64,000 nt of DNA from Macrostomum lignano (GCA_002269645.1 NIVC01002677.1:1-64000); one strand, 5' to 3'. Counted from the stretch's first letter, positions 36,643-49,324 are shown. Notes: generated by a model from the letters alone, not told the origin. Numbers and translations: made by a program.

Positions 36643-37131
36643 ATGCTCGCCATCTCCGCAACGTCACCAGCTTCATCAGCTCTTTCATCGTCGCATTCGT
36701 CGATACTTCGGCGAGCATCGAGGAACTCAAGTCTTGGGTCTGGACTGTTTCTGCTGCCGCCGCTGCTGCTGCTGCTTCTGCTTCCGCAACAATGCTCAGC
36801 GATGGTGCTCAGAAGCGACGCCAGAAGCGGCAGCGGCATCGGCAGCGGTGATGGCGGCGACGAGGCTGCCGGACCAAATGGCGCCGAGACGCGACGCACG
36901 GTCCTTGGCGACGGCTCAGTGCTGCTGGGCTACAAGAAGCTAGCCGCTGCCCGCCCAGTCTGGCACTACATGGGCGTGCCGTTCGCCAAGCCGCCTGTCG
37001 GACCGCTGCGGTTTCGCCGCGCCGAGCCGCTGGACGCACCGTTGGGCAGCCAGCAGCGGCCGTTCAAGGCCTTCAACAAGCCGAAGACCTGCTATTATCA
37101 CCCCATGTACCCCAGCGGCTACGAGGTGGCG
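36643..37131 (+). CDS. ACHE: AChE exon 1 (signal segment to first disulfide Cys)
   Basis: ATG 36643; [14 protein letters not shown]; [19 protein letters not shown]; donor GCG|GTGAGC. Confidence 0.9.
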
Positions 37132-40100
37132 GTGAGCAACTCCTGCATCCCCTGCTTCTCCAGCATCCACTGCATCCCCTGCATCCTCTGCATCCACTGC
37201 ATCCCCTGCATCCCCTGCATCTCCTGCATCCCCTGCATCTCCTGCATCCCCTGCTTCTCCAGCATCCACTGCATCTCCAGCATCCACTGCATCTCCAGCA
37301 TCCACTGCATCCCCTGCATCTCCTGCATCATTTGATCCACTGCATCCTCCTAAAGCGTTTGAACCCCCAGTTTCATCACTGAAATTCCCCATCATATTCC
37401 CCCAGAACAAGGCCCTAATAATGTGGTGGAACAACACGGAGATGTCCGAGGACTGCCTCTACTTGAACGTGTGGACACCAGCTGAGAGCTCCGGGCAGCC
37501 CCTAGCCGTGATGGTTTGGATATACGGCGGCTCTTTCTGCACCGGCTCGGCCTCACTCGAAGTCTACGACGGAGCCATACTGGCCGCGAAGGGCGGGGTG
37601 GTGGTGGTGTCCATGCAGTACCGCACCGGCCCGCTTGGCTTCATGATGATGCACGACAGCGAGGCGCCCGGCAACATGGGGCTCACGGATCAGCTGATGG
37701 CCATGAAATGGGTCAACGCCAACATACGGTGGGTCTGTTGTACTGCTACCCCTGCCACCACTTCCGCCAGTAGTTCCAACACTAACCATCTTGCCCCTGC
37801 ACTACCTCACTCCCTGCCCCACCTCACTCCCTGCCCCACCTCACTCCCTGCCCCACCTCACTCCCTGCCCCACCTCACTCCCTGCCCCACCTCACTCCCT
37901 GCCCCACCTCACTCCCTGCCCCACCTCACTCCCTGCCCCACCTCACTCCCTGCCCCACCTCACTCCCTGCCCCACCTCACTCCCTGCCCCACCTCACTCC
38001 CTGCCCCACCTCACTCCCTGTCCCACCTCACTCCCTGCCCCACCTCACTCCCTGTCACCACCCCACTCCCTGCCCCACCTCACTCCCTGCCCCACCTCAC
38101 TCCCTGCCCCACCTCACTCCCTGCCCCACCTCACTCCCTGCCCCACCTCACTCCCTGCCCCACCTCACTCAACTCTATACATTAATGTGGCCAAGCAAAC
38201 GGCACAAATCCCACAGAAAATTCGGCGGCGACCCGGACCGAGTGACGCTTTTCGGCGAGTCAGCCGGCGCCGTGTCGGTGAATTTCCACATGATCTCGCC
38301 GTACTCGCAGACTTATTTCCGCCGGGCAATAATGCAGAGCGCCACAGCGGTGGCCTGGTGGGCGGCCGAGAACCGCTACATGGGGGAGCTGCGCGCCAAG
38401 CGTCTGGCTGAATCGGTGGGCTGCTACTACAACGACAAAGACAAGGCGCGCGTTGTTGAATGCCTTCGACATGTCAGCGTGAAGAACATCCAGGAGGCGG
38501 CCGGGCAGACCTCGTTAGACAGGGAGCAGCGACGAAACAACTACGCCATCTACAGGAACAGCAGCGGGCACGAGACCTACATGTACTTCGACCTGCGATT
38601 TCGGCCGGTGTTTGGCACCGACTTCTTGCCGTACGACCACACTACTGTCATCGAGATGGGCAACTTCAAGAAGACCGACGTGCTGCTTGGTGAGTGTTGA
38701 GCTTGTAAATTTGCTTTGGTCATTGAGCTCGTGGGAATCGGGTGCATGACTGAATGGAAAATTACCCGAACGGAAAATTACCCGAACGGAAAATTACCCG
38801 AACGGAAAATTACCCGAACGGAAAATTACCCATAGTTACCCGAACGGAAAATTACCCGAACGGAAAATTACCCGAACGGAAAATTACCCATAGTTACCCG
38901 AACGGAAAATTACCCGAATGGAAAGTTACCCGAAAGGAAAGTTACCCAAAAGGAAAGTTACCCGAATAGAAAGTTACCCGAAAGGAAAGTTACCCAAATG
39001 GAAAGTTACCCGAATGGAAAGTTACCCAAATGGAAAGTTACCCAAATGGAAAGTTACCCGAACGGAAAATTACCCGAACGGAAAATTACCCGAACGGAAA
39101 ATTACCCATAGTTACCCGAACGGAAAATTACCCGAATGGAAAGTTACCCGAATGGAAAGTTACCCAAATGGAAAGTTACCCGAATGGAAAGTTACCCGAA
39201 AGGAAAGTTACCCAAATGGAAAGTTACCCAAATGGAAAGTTACCCAAATGGAAAGTTACCCGAATGGAAAGTTACCCAAATGGAAAGTTACCCGAAAGGA
39301 AAGTTACCCAAATGGAAAGTTACCCGAATAGAAAGTTACCCGAAAGGAAAGTTACCCAAATGGAAAGTTACCCGAATGGAAAGTTACCCAAAAGGAAAGT
39401 TACCCGAATGGAAAGTTACCCAAATGGAAAGTTACCCGAATGGAAAATTACCCGAACGGAAAATTACCCGAACGGAAAATTACCCGAACGGAAAATTACC
39501 CGAACAGAAAGTTACCCGAAAGGAAAGTTACCCAAATGGAAAGTTACCCGAATGGAAATTTACCCAAAAGGAAAGTTACCCGAATGGAAAGTTACCCAAA
39601 TGGAAAGTTACCCGAATGGAAAGTTACCTGAATGGAAAGTTACCCAAAAGGAAAGTTACCCGAAAGGAAAGTTACCCGAATGGAAAGTTACCCGAATGGA
39701 AAGTTACCCGAAAGGAAAGTTACCCGAAAGGAAAGTTACCCAAATGGAAAGTTACCCGAATGGAAAGTTACCCAAATGGAAAGTTACCCGAATGGAAAGT
39801 TACCCGAATGGAAAGTTACCCGAAAGGAAAGTTACCCAAATGGAAAGCTACCAAAATAGAAAGTTACCCAAATGGAAAGTTACCCAAAAGGAAAGTTACC
39901 CGAATGGAAAGTTACCCGAATGGAAAGTTACCCGAATGGAAAGTTACCCGAATGGAAAGTTACAATTTCTATTCCAGCTACCTAAACTAACCAGGTGCCA
40001 AATAAAGGCCAGCTAAATTTAGCATTCCGTGTCGCCCCCCCCCCATTGGCAAAAAGGAGACGGAAAGACCAGGACAAGAGCCTTCCTTTCTTCAATGCCC

Positions 40101-43100
40101 TTTTCTCCTTCGAAAATAGGCACCCCAGTTCGAATGTCGCCGAACCCGCCCCCCCCCAGAACCCTGTCGCTATCCGCCAGTCAGTCCTTGTGTCAGGTAA
40201 AAATTCTAACCAATTTCCATCTCCAACCCGGGTGAACCAACGGGCCATTCTAGGGCTAACAAGAGGACCAACGAATTAAGGAAGAAAATTGGGAATCCAA
40301 ATGAATGGTGAAAAAATCTGATTTTTGACGAACTGGCTGGACAAGGCTGTTTCGGAAAGTGCAAACAGGATTTTATTGAGATGAAATTCAATCCAATTAC
40401 TCTAATCAGTCACTCTAATCAGTCACTCTAATCAGTCACTCTAATCAGTCACTCTAATCAGTCACTCTAATCAGTCACTCTAATCAGTCACTCTAATCAG
40501 TCACTCTAATCAGTCACTCTAATCAGTGACTCCACCAGAGCACTCGCCCTCAAGCTCCCACTAACACAGCCAGCCCCGCCGTCGCCCGCAGGTGTCATGA
40601 AGGACGAAGGCGTGTTCTGGATCATGTACGCCCTCGCCAGGCTGTTCCTGCAGGACAACAACTGGTCGCTGCCAGCCCACTGGGGTCAGCCGAGGTCACC
40701 AGCGGGCTCCCGGCCGCAGGCATTCGAGCACGACCCCTACAACCTGGTCGCGCAGTACTTCACCCTCAGCAACAACATCAACGACAGGCTGGTGGACTCC
40801 GTGGCCTTCGAATACCAGGTGCCCTCGAAGCAGTTCGGCTTCGAGCACTGGACCAGCGAGGACGTGCTCAACGCATTCGACGATCTGACCAGCGACCGAA
40901 GCTTCAAGTGCCCGACAATGGACTTCGCCGATAATTACACTGACCGGCTGCTAGAGCTGGGAGACAGAGTGCACAAGCTGTGGGTGTACACCTTCAACCA
41001 CAGGACCGAGCAGCTGCCGCTGCCCGCCTGGACCGGAGCGATGCACGGCTACGAGCTGGAGTACATCTTCGGCATGCCGTTCGATGCCGAGTTCCAGCGG
41101 AAATTCTACGCCTTCAGCGACCTGGAGAGAACGCTGAGTGAGGACGTCATCCGGTTCTGGTCGAACTTCGCCAAGACAGGGTGAGTTTTGGGGAGGGTTA
41201 CAGGAAGGAGGGCCGCGGTAAGACTCCGAAATAAATAGGAAAGAGGGCAGTTATTGTGGGTGAGCCTCAGGAATAAACAGGAAGGAGGGCAATTATGGTG
41301 GGTGAGCCTCAGGAATAAACAGGAAGGAGGGCAATTATGGTGGGTGAGCCTCAGGAATAAACAGGAAGGAGGGCAATTATGGTGGGTGAGCCTCAGGAAT
41401 AAACAGGAAGGAGGGCAATTATGGTGGGTGAGCCTCAGGAATAAACAGGAAGGAGGGCAATGGTGGATGAGCCTCAGGAATAAACAGGAAGGAGGGCAAT
41501 TATGGTGAGTGAGCCTCGGAAATAAGCAGGAAGGAGGGTAGCGGTGAATCTCAGGAATAAACAGGAAGGAGGGCAATTATGGTGGGTGAGCCTCAGGAAT
41601 AAACAGGAAGGAGGGCAATTATGGTGGGTGAGCCTCAGGAATAAACAGGAAGGAGGGCAATTATGGTGGGTGAGCCTCAGGAATAAACAGGAAGGAGGGC
41701 AATTATGGTGGGTGAGCCTCAGGAATAAACAGGAAGGAGGGCAATTATGGTGGGTGAGCCTCAGGAATAAACAGGAAGGAGGGCAATTATGGTGGGTGAG
41801 CCTCAGGAATAAACAGGAAGGAGGGCAATGGTGGATGAGCCTCAGAAATAAACAGGAAGGAGGGCAATTATGGTGGGTGAGCCTCAGGAATAAACAGGAA
41901 GGAGGGCAATGGTGGATGAGCCTCAGGAATAAACAGGAAGGAGGGCAATTATGGTGAGTGAGCCTCGGAAATAAGCAGGAAGGAGGGTAGCGGTGAATCT
42001 CAGAAATAAACAGGAAGGAGGGCAATGGTGGGTGAACCTCAGAAATAAACAGGAAGGAGGGCAGCGGCGACCTCCCAAGAAGGAGAATGCCTTGATTTCA
42101 ATCTAGGTGACGGATGCCTTCGAAATGGCAGTGAATAGACCGGTTTAAGGATAAGCTGAGGAAACCTTGGAATCAGTGCGACTGCTCTGAAGTGGCCCTG
42201 CCACTTCATGACAAATTCTGGGTGGTGTGAAATGCTTCTACGCTCCCCCTGTCTATAAACAAAGTATTCTATTGGCAAGCACAAGTGGAAGTGGGAATAC
42301 TGAATTGATTTAGATAGTTCTGACGACCTGCTGACAATGTCAAACAACAGGCAGCTAAGTAAGCAGGAGACAATCAATAAGCAGGTGAGACGGAGGGATT
42401 CAGCTGAGGCCACAGAAATTGATTGAAAGGAAGACAAGGTGAAATAAAGAACTCTTAGTCATTGATTGTCACATTTCTAGCGCACAAATATTTGATGAGT
42501 AGTCCCAACCGGGGGTCCTGGGAGGCTGTATCACCTCACCTCCCCTGTTCTCCTATTTAACCTTCAACAATTTTTATTCCCATAGCAACCCAAACCAGGC
42601 CGACTCGAACTCTGGACCAGTCAAAGAGGCGTTCATGACCTGGCCGCAATACCGCAGGTACAACAGGTCGCACCTTGTGCTGGACATCAAGAGGGGCGTG
42701 AATTACGAGAAGGGCAGCAACTTGAGAAGGCGGCAGTGCCAGTTCTGGCAGAGGATCGACCGAATCAGGAGGAAGATGATCGAAGAAGGTGAGAGGGCTT
42801 ATGGTGCACCCACACTGTCTCTATGGTGCACCCAGCTGTCTCTATGGTGCACCCACACTGTCTCTATGGTGCACCCAGCTGTCTCTATGGTGCACCCAGC
42901 TGTCTCTATGGTGCACCCACACTGTCTCTATGGTGCATCCACACCGTCTCCAAAAGCCAAAATTTCTGTTTTAAGATCCCTGCGATTTGATGGCTTAATT
43001 GATGGAGCTCAATTACGGTGACAAACGCTCTGCTTCCACAAGCATCTCAACTGCCACATGCAATGAACAAAAGAAACACGCGGCCGCCTACGCTATTTAA

Positions 43101-46100
43101 GGCTTTCGCAACCCGTAAGCTCAGATTTCAAAAACCAGCGGTTGCCGAGTTCTCACGGTTGCTTGACGGCAACACTACGTGACCCCCCCCCTGTCCCACA
43201 CGCAGCCAGCTTCCTTCATCTGACTTAGCAGTCTCCGGGTCACGCAGTTGTCCCTTGGAGACTTCAGTCTCTTCTCTCTTCTCTCCATTCTTCTTTCTTG
43301 CCAACCCCCGCCCCTCACCATATCGCTTTACAACGCAAATCTTCGGATTGCTGAATCATCTTTCCTACTGAGCTTCCGATTTCTTAGAATGAGGATTTTG
43401 CTTTTAATCCGGATCTGCTGAATTTGAATCAAGAATATCTTTTCTCTTTTCAGCCTACTCTGTATCATAATCTGCTTTGTGGAGTCACACTGCTCTGTGA
43501 GGAGTCACACTGCTCTGCGGGGGAGTCACACTGCTCTGCGGGGGAGTCACACTGCTCTGTGGGGGAGTCACACTGCTCTGTGGGGGAGTCACACTGCTCT
43601 GCGGGGGAGTCACACTGCTCTGCGGGGGAGTCACACTGCTCTGCGGGGGAGTCACACTGCTCTGCAGGGGAGTCACACTGCTCTGCGGGGGAGTCACACT
43701 GCTCTGCGGGGGAGTCACACTGCTCTGCGGGGGAGTCACACTGCTCTGTGGGGGAGTCACACTGCTCTGCGGGGGAGTCACACTGCTCTGCGGGGGAGTC
43801 ACACTGCTCTGCGGGGGAGTCACACTGCTCTGCGGGGGAGTCACACTGCTCTGCGGGGGAGTCACACTGCTCTGCGGGGGAGTGACACTGCTCTGTGGGA
43901 GACACATTGGTCTGTGGGGAGTCACACTGGTCTGTGGGGTGTCACACTGGTCTGTGGGGAGTCACACTGGTCTGTGGGAGTCACACTGGTCTTTGGGAGT
44001 CACACTGGTTTAAGTGGAGTCACACTGGTCTTTGGGAGTCACACTGGTTTAAGTGGAGTCACACTGGTTTGGGGAGAGTCACATTGGTCTGTGGGGAGTC
44101 ACATTGATATGGGCAATCTGCAATACATATGACAATACATATGATATACTTATTTTTCTATCACATGCGAGCATTACTGAGGTATCTACAGAGACAAGAA
44201 TCCACAGAAAAGAAATTCCAATGCAGGCACAGGCACAAACCCAGGCACACACACAGGCACAAATCTAAGCACAAACACATGCACAGACACAGGCACAGAC
44301 ACAGACACACACAGGCACACACAGGCACACACACAGGCACACACACAGGCACACACAGGCACACACACAGGCACACACACAGGCACACACACAGGCACAC
44401 ACAGGCACACACACAGACACACACAGGCACACACACAGGCACACATAGGCACACACAGACACACACAGGCACACACAGGCACACACAGGCACACACAGGC
44501 ACACACACAGGCACACACAGGCACACACAGGCACACACAGGCACACACACAGGCACACACAGGCACACACACAGGCACACATAGGCACACACAGACACAC
44601 ACAGGCACACACAGGCACACACAGGCACACACACAGGCACACACAGGCACACACAGACACACACAGGCACACACAGACACACACAGGCACACACACAGGC
44701 ACACACAGGCACACACAGGCACACACACAGGCACACACAGGCACACACAGACACACACAGGCACACACAGACACACACAGACACACACAGGCACACACAG
44801 GCACACACAGACACACACAGACACACACAGGCACACACAGGCACACACAGACACACAGGCACACACAGGCACACACAGGCACACACAGGCACACACACAG
44901 GCACACACACACACACACACACAGGCACACACACAGGCACACACAGACACACTTGTCCCGAACCAAAGTTCACCCAAAGTTTGTTGCGAGGGGAGCACAG
45001 GGAAGGGAGTGGCGTTGCGATTGATCCCATCTCCCTGCCAGAGGGGGGGGGGCAGCTGAGCAAGGCCTGGAGACTCCGTGGCCGCAGCGCCAGTTGCTCA
45101 AGTGTGTTATGATCTAAATTTAGATGCACACGCGAATATCGATATCGGGAGTTTGCGGTTCGGGCGGATGATGTCCAGCAGCAGGCCGATGCTGGCGTGC
45201 CCGTCACCCGCTTCCAACGTGTTTTCACTGCTGGCAGCGGCGAGGTGGGGACGGGACTGACGCCCCAAGCAAGCCAGCAGCTCAGACCTTGAGATCAAAT
45301 CGAGCCCCGACAAGCAGGTCTCGTTTAGCGCCAGAAAAAAGCATAATGATTTTTTCTAGGGATAAATTTAGAAAAACAGCTGGTGGGAGGCAGGAAAAAA
45401 CTTCTGAGTAGAAAATGGACGTTAGGCCAAGAGAGGAGAGAAAAATGAAGACGAAGGAGAGGAGAGGAGAGGAGAGGAGAGGAGAGGAGAGGAGAGGAGA
45501 GGAGAGGAGAGGAGAGGAGAGGAGAGGAGAGGAGAGGAGAGGAGAGGAGAGGAGAGGAGAGGAGAGGAGAGGAGAGGAGAGGAGAGGAGAGGAGAGGAGA
45601 GGAGAGGAAAATAGAGGGGAGGAGAGGAAAATAGAGGGGAGGAGAGGAAAATAGAGGGGAGAAGAAGATATTGAGGGAGAAAGATTTCAGAGATAGACAG
45701 ACTTAGGGGCGCCCTCATCAGGGGCAGTAAGGTGGCAGGAGTCCAGCAAACAGAGAGAACAGACACACAAAGTCAGAGTTGCAGAGCTGCAGCGGCAGGC
45801 AAATTGTGTTTTCTCGCTCAAATCGAATATCCGAGGGCTGGCCTCCTTCTGTAAGCTCTTTATCCCCCTCTGCTGCAGCGCCCAGGACCAGCCACCCAAA
45901 CAAGTTGTGTGTTTTTTCTAGCGCCTCTTCAAGGAAGCACGGCCAGCGTAGCTGTGCGAAACTCGATTTTGTGCTGTGCAGTGCGTGCGCACCGAACTGA
46001 TGGGCGAACTCACTTCAGGGATCCAAAACAGCTTGGAATTGAGAATAGAAAAGCGAAATACTTGTGAAAACTCCCACACTGACTCAAATTGACCTTCTTT

Positions 46101-47605
46101 AAGAAGACTGTTGAACCTCCAGATCCTAAATGACCCCCTTTTGAAGGACCGTCAACCCTCCAGATCCTAAATGACCCCCTTTTGAAGGACCGTCAACCCT
46201 CCAGATCCTAAATGACCCCCTTTTGAAGGACCGTCAACCCTCCAGATCCTAAATGACCCCCTTTTGAAGGACTCTCGATCCTCCAGATCCTAAATGACCC
46301 CCTTTCGAACTTTAGCTCCCCTCAATCTTGAATGACCGCTTTAGCATGCACTTTTAGCCTCCCGGAACCTTAACAATTCCAGTATGAGGGATTTCTCCCG
46401 CACTCTATTATCCTTAGAGATCCTTATTACTGAAAGCTCGGGACAGAAAGCAGCGCCGGACCCAGGGCTCAGAGTTTCCCCAGTCACCTCCCCGCTGAGC
46501 AAGTCGATAAATTCGAATTTGAAATGTTTGCACTGGAATCGCGTGGGAGTGGGCGGGGAGAGGAGAGACGAGAGAGAGGGGGAAGAGGGGAGTTGCTGGG
46601 GCTGGGGGGACTTGGGGCTGGGGGGGGGGACTCGGGGCTGGGCCTTATCAATTGCCGACTGTAATGAAGTGACGAAGCGACTTCCCAGTCTCCCCGAGAG
46701 GCTTTCCCAGAAAGTGAAATAGTTCTCGTCATTATCAACATTGGCCGACTTAATCTGGCGCGTTAAGGGGCACAGGGGGATCAGAGCTGGAGACATGATG
46801 AATGTCTGCAAAATATCAAATAGACTCGCACAGTTTTATAGCCAGGTATTAAGTATATTATTTTACATGGCCAATATTTGCAGAACAGCTGATGCTAAAC
46901 CGTTAGCGATAGGGTTTTAAAAAATCACAAAAACTGTCAGATGTGATTTATTGATTGGGAGCTCAAATTTAATTAGAAGACTCTGAGCGGGTAATCGCGG
47001 CAACTTCATTGAAGATAACTTGGGAGAAATTCCCCTCATGATTTCGGTATCCATGTAAGAAATTCTCCCATGATTTATGTGCAAACTTAACGAAAAATCC
47101 CCCCATTCTCATCTGTCTATCCTTGCGAGAAATTCCCCTTGTTTATCTACGCATCCTTGCGAGAAATTCCCCTTGTTTATCTACGCATCCTTGCGAGAAA
47201 TTCCCTTTGTTTATCTACGCATCCTTGCGAGAAATTCCCCCTTTTTATCTAGGCATCCTTGCAAGAAATTCCCCTTGTTTATCTAAGCATTCTTGCGAGA
47301 AATTCCCCTTGTTTATCTAAGCATTCTTGCGAGAAATTCCCTTTGTTTATCTACGCATCCTTGCGAGAAATCCCCCTTGTTTATCTACGCATCCTTGCGA
47401 GAAATTCCCTTTATTTATCTATCTAGGCATCCTTGTGAGAAATTCCTCTTGTTTATCTACGCCTGACCTGTTTGCAGGCAAATGGTGCCCCAAGACGGTT
47501 GTCAGCGGATCTGCTGTCACCGCCGTCACGGCGCCGCCTTCGTGGACACCGGGGCTCGCCGCAGCGGCCTCGACCTGGCTGCTGGTCCTGACCGCGACAG
47601 CCTAA
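36643..47605 (+). CDS. ACHE: Acetylcholinesterase/cholinesterase, probably GPI-anchored; join(36643-37131,37406-37728,38217-38689,40592-41180,42586-42788,47478-47605), ~734 aa
   Basis: Hydrophobic signal segment, [25 protein letters not shown], catalytic triad FGESAG / KDEG / GAMHGYE, three cholinesterase disulfide pairs, and a Cys plus hydrophobic C-terminal tail. All splice sites are GT-AG and phase-compatible (2205 nt). Confidence 0.93.
37143..37348. repeat. 9-bp repeat (CTGCATCCC / CTGCATCTC / AGCATCCAC) in AChE intron 1
   Basis: Directly visible. Confidence 0.92.
37406..37728 (+). CDS. ACHE: AChE exon 2 (W84 equivalent, oxyanion loop)
   Basis: Acceptor CCCCCAG at 37405; [42 protein letters not shown]; donor CG|GTGGGT. 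Confidence 0.93.
37803..38170. repeat. 17-bp minisatellite (CACCTCACTCCCTGCCC) in AChE intron 2
   Basis: About 21 units. Confidence 0.95.
38217..38689 (+). CDS. ACHE: AChE exon 3 (catalytic Ser at 38260-38262)
   Basis: [20 protein letters not shown]; acceptor CCACAG; donor G|GTGAGT. Confidence 0.95.
38754..39963. repeat. 16-bp minisatellite (TGGAAAGTTACCCGAA / CGGAAAATTACCCGAA) in AChE intron 3
   Basis: About 75 units. Confidence 0.97.
40400..40530. repeat. 13-bp repeat (ACTCTAATCAGTC), ~10 copies, AChE intron 3
   Basis: Directly visible. Confidence 0.95.
40592..41180 (+). CDS. ACHE: AChE exon 4 (catalytic Glu 40606-40608 and His 41044-41046)
   Basis: [42 protein letters not shown]; donor GG|GTGAGT. 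Confidence 0.95.
41225..42062. repeat. 39-42 bp minisatellite (GGTGAGCCTCAGGAATAAACAGGAAGGAGGGCAATTATGGTG) in AChE intron 4
   Basis: About 20 units. Confidence 0.96.
42586..42788 (+). CDS. ACHE: AChE exon 5
   Basis: [16 protein letters not shown]; acceptor TTTTTATTCCCATAG; donor G|GTGAGA. Confidence 0.92.
42800..42940. repeat. 21-23 bp repeat (GTCTCTATGGTGCACCCA(GCT/CACT))
   Basis: About 6 units at the start of AChE intron 5. Confidence 0.9.
43481..44105. repeat. 21-bp minisatellite (GGAGTCACACTGCTCTGCGGG) grading into GGAGTCACACTGGT variants
   Basis: Directly visible. Confidence 0.95.
44222..44952. repeat. CA-rich microsatellite (CACACAGG/CACACAGA)
   Basis: Directly visible. Confidence 0.97.
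45458..45665. repeat. (GAGAG)n pentanucleotide microsatellite
   Basis: Directly visible. Confidence 0.97.
46118..46305. repeat. 41-bp tandem repeat (CCAGATCCTAAATGACCCCCTTTTGAAGGACCGTCAACCCT), ~5 copies
   Basis: Directly visible. Confidence 0.92.
47118..47462. repeat. 34-bp minisatellite (ATCCTTGCGAGAAATTCCCCTTGTTTATCTACGC) abutting the last AChE acceptor
   Basis: About 10 units. Confidence 0.94.
47478..47605 (+). CDS. ACHE: AChE terminal exon (Cys plus GPI-signal-like tail)
   Basis: Acceptor TTTGCAG at 47477, phase 1. Encodes [42 protein letters not shown]; GC-rich codon usage like the other exons. Confidence 0.78.
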
Positions 47606-47854
47606 GCGGCAATCGGCAGACCACTGCTTTTATTACATAACCCATTTAGACTTATTAATATTATAACTAGGACTAACTTTAAATAGACTTTATCTACAAT
47701 TTGCTATTTGTTTTCAGTCTGTCAATTCGATGTTAAGCCTGTTGTCCATTTTGTTGCTTTAGTCCGATGTTTCTTGATATGCAGAGCTCAGAGACTTTTG
47801 TACATTAGGTATGTACAGTGGGAGATGTAGGGATGCGGGAGATGCGGGAGAATA

Positions 47855-48552
47855 GGGAGATGCTACAGTGGATAATGAGATGCTGCAGTGGATAAGGGAG
47901 ATGCTACAGTGGATAGGGGAGATGCTACAGTGGATAGGGGAGATGCTATAGTGGATAGGGGAGATGCTACAGTGGATAGGGGAGATGCTACAGTGGATAA
48001 GGGAGATGTTACAGTGGATAGGGGAGATGCTACAGTGGATAATGAGATGCTGCAGTGGATAAGGGAGATGTTACAGTGGATAAGGGAGATGTTACAGTGG
48101 ATAGGGGAGATGCTACAGTGGATAGGGGAGATGCTACAGTGGATAGGGGAGATGCTACAGTGGATAGGGGAGATGCTACAGTGGATAGGGGAGATGCTAT
48201 AGTGGATAGGGGAGATGCTATAGTGGATAGGGGAGATGCTACAGTGGATAGGGGAGATGCTACAGTGGATAGGGGAGATGCTACAGTGGATAGGGGAGAT
48301 GCTACAGTGGATAAGGGAGATGCTATAGTGGATAGGGGAGATGCTACAGTGGATAGGGGAGATGCTACAGTGGATAGGGGAGATGCTACAGTGGATAGGG
48401 GAGATGCTATAGTGGATAGGGGAGATGCTATAGTGGATAGGGGAGATGCTACAGTGGATAGGGGAGATGCTACAGTGGATAGGGGAGATGCTACAGTGGA
48501 TAGGGGAGATGCTACAGTGGATAGGGGAGATGCTACAGTGGATAGGGGAGAT
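47855..48552. repeat. 21-bp minisatellite (GGGAGATGCTACAGTGGATAG)
   Basis: About 33 units. Confidence 0.96.
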
Positions 48553-49324
48553 GGTGTGGGGATTGAGTCATAGTAAGTGAGCAGTTAACTTGGCCACACA
48601 AGCGAATGGCCCAATGGGGACTAATAGCATAACTAAATCGAAAAGTAATTAAAAGTGACAGAGAGTGAAATGTCTCCCAAATTAGCTGACAATTTCTCTT
48701 CCCTACTTCATCAATCCAGCCACTCCAGTTCCGAGTACAGAAGCCAATTAAAAATGTATTCGAGAGAAATTACCACCGCTGAGCATCTGGACTGAAGCAA
48801 ATAATAAAAATGTCGGACTAATAATACTACTCACCGATTCGCCTGATCAGTAGTTTAAATGATGAATACTCATTCGTTAATCAATTTCCTGCTAGTTAAT
48901 CTTTAATTTATTGCTTCTAATAACTGTAAATGCCTAGTGATACTATACCAATTTAACTGTAAACTGCCCAAACTGTTAAAAGCTTTTAATTGAAATTCAC
49001 CTGCCAAAAGCCAAGTCTCCCGCAGGCCCAGAGCAATCAATTCATGTCCACCCAAAACAGGTGAGGAAACTAGCATTGGCTGGAAAAAATGTTACAATTT
49101 ATCAATCATCAATATTGGCGAAATATACGAACCAATTAACTATTGCTTCTTTGCAGCTTATTATTCGAAATTTATCAATTTAATATTTCGATTCGCTAAT
49201 TAACTACTTGATTAGACCAGTAGACCACAGAACTTACACAGAATGCTCAATCAGTCTATGTATATGACTCCGAAATGCAAGTTCTGTGCAAGAGACAGAG
49301 GATTGACCGATATTACGAGTATAT

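Noticed and set aside
38754-40016. ESYPNGKLP repeat protein ORFs
   Set aside because: Translation of the intronic 16-bp minisatellite between well-defined AChE splice sites.
44161-46811. Nested antisense gene in AChE intron 5 ([11 protein letters not shown]..., [10 protein letters not shown]...)
   Set aside because: The frame is closed before the plausible acceptors, codon usage is unlike the real exons, and there is no recognisable domain; the long ORF length comes from the CA microsatellite.
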